Origin: Octopus sinensis
Taxonomy: Eukaryota
Assembly: GCF_006345805.1 (NCBI RefSeq)
Contig: NC_043026.1
Span: forward strand, 13,557,579-13,621,578
DNA length: 64,000 nt
Direction of reading: 5' to 3'
Below, piece by piece: positions 54,754 to 64,000 of this stretch (its first letter is position 1; every line of letters begins with the position of its first letter). The notes beneath the pieces are model-generated. The model searched no databases, was not told where the DNA came from, and saw only the letters and a list, made by a program, of their open reading frames with translations. The translations under genes were made by a program, and so were the position numbers.

Positions 54754-55166
54754 AGGGAGAGTTTACAAAAAAAACAAAAGACGAAGACAGGTGGTGTACA
54801 AAACAAACAGTTGTATTAGTATAATGCTCAAGAATAGAAAAAGTCTTTTACGTTTCGAGCCTACACTCTTCTACAGAAAGGGACACAGAAAAAACAAGGA
54901 GAGAAAAAAAATGTGTGTAGTGGCTAACGATCTATCATGGCGATATCTATCTATATAAATATATATATATATATATATATAGGGAGAGTTTATGATAAAA
55001 CAAAAGACAAAGACTGGTGGTGTAGACAACAAACAGATGTATTAGTATAACGCTCAGGAATAGAAAAAGTCTTTTACGTTTCGAGCCTACGCTCTTCCAC
55101 AGAAAGGGACATAGAAAAAACAAGGAGAGGAAAAAATGTGTGTAGTGGCTAACAATCTATCATGGC
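54754..55166 (-). mobile_element. Two tandem Penelope-like terminal repeats with minimal hammerhead-like motifs
   Basis: Minus strand ctgt(a/g)gaagag(t/c)gtaggctcgaaacgta at 54843-54884 and 55069-55110. Confidence 0.55.
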
Positions 55167-55471
55167 ATTGTTGCCAACTTACTGTAGCAGTCCCAGGAAA
55201 GGGAAGAATATTACTGTTATTTAGCTCCAAGAAACACCGTTTCTAGTTGGCTATGCAACATGAGCGTCCTGTGTCCTTAAGTTTTCAAACAGGGGAAGTA
55301 AGCACCTCCGACCGGTTTTGCTGGTGGGGAGCTGCTTATCTCCCATGTTTGAAAACTTAGACCAAAAATACTTGTGTCACATGGCCAACTAGAAATAGTG
55401 TTTCTTGGGACCAAATAACAGTAACGTTCTTCCCTTTCCTGAGACTGCTACATTAAGTTGGCAACAAGCCC
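55164..55471. mobile_element. Palindromic MITE (~308 bp)
   Basis: ggcattgttgccaactta.. / ..taagttggcaacaagccc; nearly the whole element folds back. Superfamily uncertain. Confidence 0.75.
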
Positions 55472-55529
55472 TCACTTTATCATGCTGTTACTCTCTCTGA
55501 GAGATTTAGAATGTAATATTCTAGAGATG

Positions 55530-55672
55530 CAGCATGGATTTTTGTCAGTGAACAGGTCGCGGTCTTAAAGTGACGAAAATATTTTGACAAATTAAATTTA
55601 AATGTTGAAGTGAATCGAATGGCTTTTGTGTGTTTCTTAAATGGCTTAGAAACACCTTCCACGCTGCAATTG

Positions 55673-55709
<37 letters not shown>

Positions 55710-56036
55710 TTATTCAGCATGGATTTTTGTCAGTGAACAGGTCGCGGCCTTAAAGCGACGAAAACATTTGGACAAATTAAATTTAAATGTTGAAGTGAAT
55801 CGAACGGCTTTTGTGTGTTTCTTAAATGGCTTACAAACACCTTCCACGCTGCAATTGTATATAAATATATATATATATATATTTATAAACCTTATTCAGC
55901 ATGGATTTTTGTCAGTGAACAGGTCACGGTCTTAAAGCGATGAAAATATTTTGACAAATTAAACTTAAATGTTGAAGTGAATCGAACGGCTTTTGTGTGT
56001 TTCTTAAATGGCTTACAAACACCTTCCATGCTGCAA
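55530..56036 (+). repeat. Tandem triplet (~183-bp unit with (AT)n) just upstream of the HMGCS acceptor
   Basis: cagcatggatttttgtcagtgaacaggtc at 55530, 55715 and 55897. Confidence 0.92.
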
Positions 56037-56134
56037 ATATTTCTATTTTCATCTATATATATATTTCTTTATTTACAGATTTCTTCTCAGCTACTGTGCA
56101 CCATCAGCCAGAAAGTAAGACCAGCAAAAAGAAT

Positions 56135-56627
56135 ATGCCTGCATCCACATCGTCGTCTAACCTTCCCTCATCCTCCTCATCCGAGTGCTTCACCGGCCCT
56201 GCTCCCGCCATGAAACTGCCACAAGACGTCGGCATCTGTGCTGTGGAGTTCTACTTCCCGAGCCTCTACGTCGACCAGTCTGAGCTGGAGATGTACGACG
56301 GGGTCAGCTCGGGCAAATACACAATCGGCCTCGGCCAGAGTTGCATGAGCTTCTGCTCCGACCGCGAGGACATCAACTCCATGTGCCTCACCGTGTTCCA
56401 GCGCCTCATGGAGGCAAACGGTATTTCCTACTCGCAGGTCGGGCGGCTGGAGGTTGGCACCGAGACTCTGCTCGACAAGTCGAAGAGCGTCAAGACGGTG
56501 CTGATGTCCCTCTTTGAGGAGAGCGGCAACAGCTCGGTGGAAGGTGTCGACACGACCAATGCCTGCTACGGGGGTACAGCAGCTCTCATCAACGCTGTCA
56601 ACTGGATCGAGTCTTCATCATGGGATG
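56135..56627 (+). CDS. HMGCS1: HMG-CoA synthase, first visible coding exon (exon starts at acceptor 56079, or 56091; ATG 56135; alternative ATG 56210)
   Basis: Translates [85 protein letters not shown]. Includes the catalytic Cys (NACYGG) and Glu (VGTET) motifs. Acceptor tttacag at 56078, donor G|gtgagt at 56628 (phase 1). Confidence 0.96.
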
Positions 56628-56656
56628 GTGAGTGCCAGATGCTTTGTTGTCACTGA

Positions 56657-57440
56657 CAGCATCACTATCATCATCATCATCATCACCTCCACCATCAACA
56701 CCACCAACACCATCTATACGTCCTCCATCAATACCTCCACTGTCATCATCATCATCAACACCTCCACTGTCATCATTATCACCACCTCCACCATAATCAT
56801 CACCATCATCAATAGTCCATCATCATCATCAAAACTGGCACTGTCATCATCATCAACATCTCCATCATCATCATCAACACCTCCACCACCATCATCATCA
56901 TCATCATCTCCTCCACCACCACCATCATCATCATCTCCATCATCATCATCAACACCACCACCATCATCATCATCAACACCTCCACCACCATCATCATCAT
57001 CATTATAAACACCTCCACCACCATCATCATCTTCAACACCTCCACTACCACCATCATCATCATCAACACCTCCACAACCACCATCATCATCATCAACACC
57101 TCCACAACCACCATCATCATCATAAACACCTCCACGACCACCATCATCATCATAAACACCTCCACCACCACCATCATCAACACCTCCACGACCACCATCA
57201 TCAACACCTCCTCCACCATCCTCATCATCAACACCTCCACCACCACCATTATTATTATCAACACCTCCACCACCACCATCATCAACACCTCCACCACCAT
57301 CCTCATCATCAACACCTCCACCACCACCATCATCATCAACACCTCCACCATCATCAACCTGACTATCACCATCATCATTTATATTTTACATATTTATCAT
57401 TACAATCACCACCACCATCACCATCATCACCATTGTCATG
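56657..57440. repeat. Intronic (ACC/ATC)n compound trinucleotide tract
   Basis: Direct reading. Confidence 0.95.
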
Positions 57441-58567
57441 GTGTTATTATTATTATTATTATTATTATTGAGTGAGAGAGCAGTTCATGCCATCAAAGTG
57501 ACACTGGGGTAAAATATACGAAGCCCAATATACCCATCATGACTACCTGTCTGATAAGGGTACACCAGGCACATGCATCACAACCATATGTGCGCGACAT
57601 GGTGATCTCATATCAAGATAAACAGCACATGACCTTGCAGGTGGGGCCCAGTTAGAATTTTCTTCTGGTTGAGTAACCCATCCCGCTCAAAAGGTCCTTG
57701 AATAAGGGTTGTTTAAGGATGTTGAACGAACCACCCATGTTTCCAAAGGTGAAATATTCAAACCCCAAAGAATCCCTCTCAACACATGGCTATGATGCTC
57801 CCCCACTACTTCTGCTCGTGATCAGAGATGCACATATCGTCAGCCACTAAGGGGCATTTCATCCATCTTTGACTGAGTAATATGAATGCTAAAGGGTCAA
57901 AACTCAGATATGATGGGCATGGATGGACTAATGTACATCTCAGCAGCATGGGATGGTTTGTGGAGGCACATGGCCTAGTGGTTAGAGCAGCGGACTCGCG
58001 GTCGAGGGATCGCGGGTTCGAATCTCAGACCGGGCGATGTGTGTGTTTATGAGCGAAACACCTAAGCTCCACGCGGCTCCGGCAGAAGGTAATGGCAAAC
58101 TTCTGCTGACTCTTTCACCACAACTTTGGTGGAGACACATGGCCTAGTGGTTAGAGCAGCGGACTCGCGGTCGAGGGATCGCGGGTTCGAATCTCAGACT
58201 GGGCAATGTGTGTGTTTATGAGCGAAACACCTAAGCTCCACGCGGCTCCGGCAGAAGGTAATGGCAAACTTCTGCTGACTCTTTCGCCACAACTTTCTCT
58301 CACTCTTTCCTCCTGCATCTTGCAGCTCACCTGCGACGGACCGGCGTCCCGTCCAGGTGGGGAACCTATACGCCAAGGAAACCAGGAAACTGGCCCTTAT
58401 GAGCCAGGCATGGCTCGAGAAGGAACAAACATAACATGGGATGGTTTATAAAAAGGAAGAATGTTATTGTCATTATCTATTTTTGTTTTTATTTTTGTGT
58501 GTGTTTTCTCATTAAAATTTAATTATTTAAATTTAATTGGTGCATTCTTTCTTCTCTTTAATTCCAG

Positions 58568-58693
58568 GTCGCTATGCTGTCGTGGTTGCAGGAGATATTG
58601 CAGTATATGCATCCGGCAACGCCCGCAGTACTGGAGGTGCCGCTGCTATTGCAATGCTCATTGGACCAAATGCACCGTTAATATTAGATCAAC
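58568..58693 (+). CDS. HMGCS1: HMG-CoA synthase coding exon (126 nt, phase 1-1)
   Basis: ttccag|GT CGC TAT gives [42 protein letters not shown]; donor C|gtaaac at 58694; in frame with the previous exon. Confidence 0.95.
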
Positions 58694-58929
58694 GTAAACA
58701 TTGTATTATTATTATTATTATTACTATTATTATTATTATCATTATTAATATTTTTATTATTATTATTATTACTATTACTATTACTATTATTATTATTATT
58801 ATTATTATTAAGGCAGTGAGCTGGTAGAACTAACACGCTTAGTGGCATTTCGCCTGTCTTTACATTCTGAATTCAAATTCCGCCGAGGTCAACTTTGTCC
58901 TACATCCTTTCAGGGTCATTAAATTAAGT

Positions 58930-59745
58930 GAGTTTTTGCAGCCTCATTCTTGCAACATGTGGCTTTGAATTGTCATGGAGCAGAATTGGGCCATGCCGAT
59001 TCACCAATGCAGGTCTCATTTTTTTGCAAGTGAGCATGAATTTCAGCGAGTTGATTGCAGTAAACCTCTGCTGTAAAGCTCTGACTGGCTTCCAGAAAGC
59101 TGTAATGGACAACACCAATTGCAGACCACCAGACAGTCACCATAATCTTTTGCTGATGCAACTTTGGCTTTGGGAAATGTTTGGGGGACTCATCACAATC
59201 AAGCCATTGACCTGATTGTTTACAGTTCATAAAGGATTCAGTTTTCGTCACAAGTGGCTATGCGGTCAAGAAAAGTGATCATAGGTATTTTGCAGAAAAA
59301 GCATTGAGCACACTTTGAAACGCCAAACATTTCGATTTTCATTGAGCTTATACGGTACACATTTATCAAGCTTTTCCACCTTACCAATCTTCTTCAGATT
59401 GTGTGAGACTGTTGCAATACTGACACTTTGACATGGGTTTTGTTCAAAAATTGCTTTCAATTGTTCATTATCAGGACTGCATGAGCATCCTCTACCTTCT
59501 TCATCTTCAAGGCTCTCATCACCACTACGGAGTTTCTGAAACCACCTTCATACTATGCAATAACTTGTGGACCCCTCTCCCCATGCTCTGTTGGTATTGG
59601 CAGCAGTTTGGCAGGCATTGTGCCCAAGCTTGAACTGATGCAAGAAAAGTCAGTGAAGGCCCCTTTTTTGTCATGTTCATAATCAAGGGCACCTATGCTT
59701 CAAGAATGTTTTCTGTCTGAAATGAGTAGAAAATTATTAAAGAGC
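58930..59745 (-). pseudogene. Degenerate mariner (Hsmar1/cecropia-like) transposase in HMGCS intron
   Basis: Frameshifted pieces FKLGHNA..WFQK.RSG..SLEDEEGRG; KLDKCVPYKL; QWLD.DE.PKHFPKPKLHQQKIMVTVWW; RHGPILLHDNSKPHVA. Confidence 0.9.
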
Positions 59746-60147
59746 ATACATAAATTATTACATCATCATCATCGTTTAGCGTCCGCTTTCCATGCTAGCA
59801 TGGGTTGGACGGTTCAACTGAGGTCTGGGAAGCCAGAAGGCTGCACCAGGCCCAGTCTGATCTGGCAATGTTTCTACGGCTGGATGCCCTTCCTAACGCC
59901 AACCACTCCATAAGTGTAGTGGGTGCCTTTTACATGCCACTGGCACAGGTGCCACACGAGGCTGGCAAACGGCCACGATCGGATGGTGCCTTTTACGTGC
60001 CACCGGCACGGGGGCCAGGCGAGGCTGGCAACGGCCACGATACGTATGTCGAAATTCACCTAAAATATAATTAAAATACTATGATAAAACTGTTTCAAAA
60101 CAAAACACTTAGAGCAGCCATTATTTTCAGAACAACCTAATAAGATA

Positions 60148-60866
60148 TAATAAATCTCAGAGATAGTTATAAACAGTAGCTACAACACATCGTGACGTAT
60201 ATTTGCCATTTAAATATGGCTAACCCCTAAGGGTGGATGCTACTGTAGTTTGTAGCCCCAGGAGGACACCTCCTCCAGCTGGCCATAGACACACTTTATG
60301 TGCCCTATCAGTATTTGCAAAGGGAAGCCATCCTTCCCGTCTTCAACTTATGATACACACAGACTTGAGTTTCTGGATATTGACCCGTCATCGGCGTGTG
60401 ACAATCACAGTTGTCGATGAGAAGCAGGTTCCCTTCACAAATACATATACTTTTTCCAGTATCATAAAGACACTGATATCGAAAAAGTGTGAACAAGCAA
60501 TAATAAATCTCAGAGCGAGTTATAAACAGTAGCTGCAACACATCGTGACGTATATTTGCCATTTAAATATGGCTAACCCCTAAGGGTGGATGGTACTGTA
60601 GTTTGTAGCCCCAGGAGGACACCTCCTCCAGCTGGCCATAGACACACTTTCTGTGCCCTATCAGTATTTGCAAAGGGAAGCCATCCTTCCCATCTTCAAC
60701 TTATGATACACATGGACTCGAGTTTCTCGGGTCAATACTCAGAAACCCGAGTCCGTGTGTATCATGAGTTGAAGACGGGAAGGATGGCTTCCCTTTGCAA
60801 ATACTGATAGGACACAGAAAGTGTGTCTATAGCCAGCTGGAGGAGGTGTCTTCCTGGGGCTACAAA
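60148..60866 (-). mobile_element. Hammerhead-bearing retroelement (retrozyme or Penelope-like): 353-nt unit, partial second unit, inverted arm, 11-bp TSD
   Basis: Unit starts at 60149 and 60502; inverted arm 60728-60869; ctaataagata at 60137-60147 and 60867-60877. Confidence 0.75.
60344..60413 (-). ncRNA. Type I hammerhead ribozyme fold (core variant CCGAUGA)
   Basis: CACACG CCGAUGA CGGGU CAAU AUCCA GAAAC UCAA GUC^UGUGUG. Stem I continues after an internal loop (UGUGAU/AUCAUA, CAAC/GUUG). Confidence 0.75.
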
Positions 60867-61068
60867 CTAATAAGATAAATATATACAAATTATAAAAATA
60901 ATTTTTTAAAAAATGCAATACAATACTGTTTCTACTTTGCGGATTTTCACCTATCACAGGGCTTTTGGAATGTAACGCTTGCGATAGGTGAGAGATTACT
61001 TTGCTTCAAACTTGTTAGTATATCATGTACAAGGTATGTCTACTAAACACTAGATTAAGTATTTAGAT

Positions 61069-61269
61069 CAGTGCTTTTCAAACTTTTTGCTGGAGCGGAA
61101 CCCCAAGGAAACATTCCACTGGCTCGGGGAACCCCTGTGCAATAATTTAATAGTCTTATGCACACATATCTGCACAGGAGAATTAAAAATTACTGCCGAT
61201 TTTAGCAGTTTTGTAACTACTTGCGGAACCCCTGGACTGTACTGGCGGAACCCTGGTTGAAAACCACTG
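61069..61269. mobile_element. hAT (Charlie-type) MITE, 201 bp
   Basis: TIRs cagtgcttttcaaac / ggttgaaaaccactg; 8-bp TSD ATTTAGAT on both sides. Confidence 0.92.
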
Positions 61270-61787
61270 ATTTAGATGCATCAAATTACATTTGTATTCA
61301 TTTCTAGAAATCTATCTGCTGTTTGGATGGGGTGGGGCTTATGTGCATGGATCCCGCATCTGACCTCGCATCTAAGTTAGCGCCTTGGAGAGGCTGCTGT
61401 CCCTGGGTGGCTCTGGATTGGTTTCTGCAGGGGCCTGATTGTTGTGACCCGTAATTGCGGGTGGACTCACTCTCGGGCCTCACTGGTAGAGCCGATCAGT
61501 TGACAGATAAACCGTCATAATGGAGCCCTTCACGGGCTGTTGCCAAGTGACTGGCCAGTTAAATGGATTGTTCGGTTGGCTAGGAAGGATGTTGGCCTGC
61601 GGGACAGTCCCTGGGGTTTGATTCCTTACTTTTGCACTCGTGTTTATCGTCCGCGTACTCTTGGAAATTGCCTGGCCCAGAAATCAAATTCAATGGTGTC
61701 TATTTACTTTTGAGCCGTCTGTGCCTTTCAAACGACCCTCTCTCACCTCAACTGTCTAACTTTTCTGTTTTTTTCTCTCTCTCAAAG

Positions 61788-61952
61788 GAGTTCGTGCTAC
61801 TCATATGCAACATGTGTACGATTTCTACAAACCAGACATGTCTTCTGAATATCCGACAGTGGACGGGAAACTCTCTATTCAATGCTACCAGCATGCACTG
61901 GACAAGTGCTACCAGGAGTACACTCGCAAAGTGCAGCAGCAACACCTTATAG
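61788..61952 (+). CDS. HMGCS1: HMG-CoA synthase coding exon (165 nt, phase 1-1); gene continues beyond the window
   Basis: ctctcaaag|GA GTT CGT gives [55 protein letters not shown]; donor G|gtaatt at 61953. Confidence 0.95.
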   Translation, partial: EFVLLICNMCTISTNQTCLLNIRQWTGNSLFNATSMHWTSATRSTLAKCSSNTL

Positions 61953-62544
61953 GTAATTTGTATTTCAATATCACCACTAAGTCTGTACATACGATACATG
62001 ATGGCATTGAAAGGTGCGTGAGCATATTTAGGGTACCTGAATATATTCAGCTGCATCATCATCATCATCATCATCATTTAGTGTCTTCTTTCCATGCTGG
62101 CATGGGTTGGACGGTTCAACTGGGATCTGGGAAGCCAGAAGGCTGCACCAGGCTCCAGTCTTGATCTGGCAGTGTTTCTACAGCTGGATGCTCTTCCTAA
62201 TGCCATCCACTCCGAGAGTGTAGTGGGTGCTTTTTACGTGCCACCGGCACGAGGGCCAGTTTGGTGGTACTGGCAGCAGCCACGTCCAAATGGTGCTTTT
62301 ACGTGCCGCCTGCACAGGAACCAGTCCAGTGGCACTGGCGACGTCCTCACTCGAATGTTTCACGTGCCACCAGCACAAAATTATCTCGTAGCTTTGAGAT
62401 TTTGATGATGTGATTTGTTTACTTACAGAATGACATTGTAGGGTAGGTGTGAGAGGCTGGACCTTGCTAGTTTCAACATAAAAATGGATACAGCTAATGT
62501 AACCCTTCAACATTCAGATTCCTGTGTCAATTGTAATGTTTATT

Positions 62545-62945
62545 TGTTCTTTTACTTGTTTCAGGCATTTGACTGCGGCCATGCTGGAGCACTGCCTTTA
62601 ATCGAGCAAATCGACCCCAGGACTTATTCTTTGTAAGCCTAGTACTTATTCTATCGGCCTCTTTTGCTGAACTGCTAAGTAACGGGGACATAAACACACC
62701 AGCACTGGTTGTCAAGCGATGTTGGGGGGACAATCACAGACACACAAACACACACACACATATATATATATACATATATACGACGGGCTTCTTTCAGTTT
62801 CCGTCTACCAAATCCACTCACAAGGCTTTGGTCGGCCCGAGGCTATAGTAGAAGACACTTGCCCAAGGTGCCATGCAATGGGACTGAACCCGGAACCATG
62901 TGGTTGGTAAGCAAGCTACTTACCACACAGCCACTCCTATGCCTA
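62545..62945 (-). mobile_element. SINE family A (intronic)
   Basis: Near full-length match. Confidence 0.8.
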
Positions 62946-63356
62946 TGTTTTGAATTAATCATGCATTATCTCGAAATTTCAATGATGTGATTAATTTTTA
63001 GAATGATGTTGTAGGGTAAGTGGGAGAAGTCTGATCTAGCTGGTTTTAATATAAAGCCGGTAGAATATTTGGATCAATACAGCTACAGTAAACCCTTTAG
63101 CATACAGATTGATCTGTCAAACCTAATGTTTATTTATTCATATTGTTTTAAATTACTCATGCAATCTCATACCTTTGAGATTTCTATGATATAATAGTAT
63201 ATTTTTAGAATGATGTCGGGTAGGTGTGATATGCCAGATCTGGCTGGTTCCAATACAAAAGAGGTAGAATATTTTGGTTGGATGTGGGCAGTTTAAATAA
63301 TAAAGGGTTAAAGTGGATTTTCACAAAATCACAGCCATATTTTTCATAACTTTCAT

Positions 63357-63768
63357 AGGCATAGGAGTGGTTGTGTGGTAAGTAGCTTGCTTACCAACCA
63401 CATGGTTCCGGGTTCAGTTCCACTGCATGGCACCTCGGGCAAGTGTCTTCTACTATAGCCTCGGGCTGACCCAAAGCCTTGTGAGTGGATTTGGTAGACG
63501 GAAACTGAAAGAAGCCCGTCGTATATATGCATATTTATATATATATATGTGTGTGTGTGTGTGTCTGTATATGTTTGTTCCCCCAACATCACTTGACAAC
63601 CGATGCTGGTGTGTTTACGTCCCCATAACTTAGCGGTTCGACAAAAGAGACTGATAGAATAAGTACTAGGCTTACAATGAATAAGTCCTGGGGTCGAGTT
63701 GCTCGACTAAAGGTGGTGCTCCAGCATGGCCACAGTCAAATGACTGAAACAAGTAAAAGAGTAAAGAG
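63357..63768 (+). mobile_element. SINE family A (another copy begins about 63902)
   Basis: Near full-length match. Confidence 0.8.
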
Positions 63769-64000
63769 AGGGAGAACTTACGTGTTTCCTGTAACAATCA
63801 CAGCTATTACATGAGAGAGAGAATCATTTTGTTATCATAGGTGAGATTAGAAAATTGAAATTAAGGAATTATATAAAAAGAAAAATCTTTAGAACTCACA
63901 TAGGGCGCAGGAGTGGCTTTGTGGTAAGTAGCTTGTTTACCAACCACATGGTTCCGGGTTCAGTCCCACTGCGTGGCACCTTGGGCAAGTGTCTTCTACT

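Noticed and set aside
55160-55474. 3-bp TCA TSD (Harbinger assignment) for the palindromic MITE
   Set aside because: The left tcatggc also ends the paralogous upstream repeat at 54941, so the match may be coincidental.
55997-56078. Upstream start of the 219-aa HMGCS ORF
   Set aside because: Lies in an intronic tandem repeat and polypyrimidine tract before the acceptor.

Overview
AT-rich, microsatellite- and transposon-saturated eukaryotic DNA with a 100-N gap at 34146-34245. The repeat families resemble octopus (coleoid) SINEs as I recall them, so the organism call is an inference. The only well-supported gene is HMG-CoA synthase (HMGCS1-like, + strand), with three coding exons at 56135-56627, 58568-58693 and 61788-61952; it continues past the window. 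The rest is tRNA-derived SINEs, CR1/RTE and mariner remnants, hAT/Tc2/unclassified MITEs, short Helitrons, Penelope-like pieces and simple repeats. Most long ORFs in the track come from microsatellites or SINEs. The best finding is an intronic element at 60137-60877: a 353-nt repeat unit carrying a well-formed type I hammerhead ribozyme fold (core variant CCGAUGA), with an inverted 5' arm and an 11-bp target duplication. It is a candidate retrozyme or Penelope-like pseudo-LTR. A second family at 40383-40726 has the same geometry. Other notable items are reciprocal empty/filled insertion sites, a MITE with 4-bp TSDs and tandemly amplified ends, a 57-bp target duplication, and a possible uORF ending on the second HMGCS AUG. 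All coordinates were read by hand and no database searches were run.
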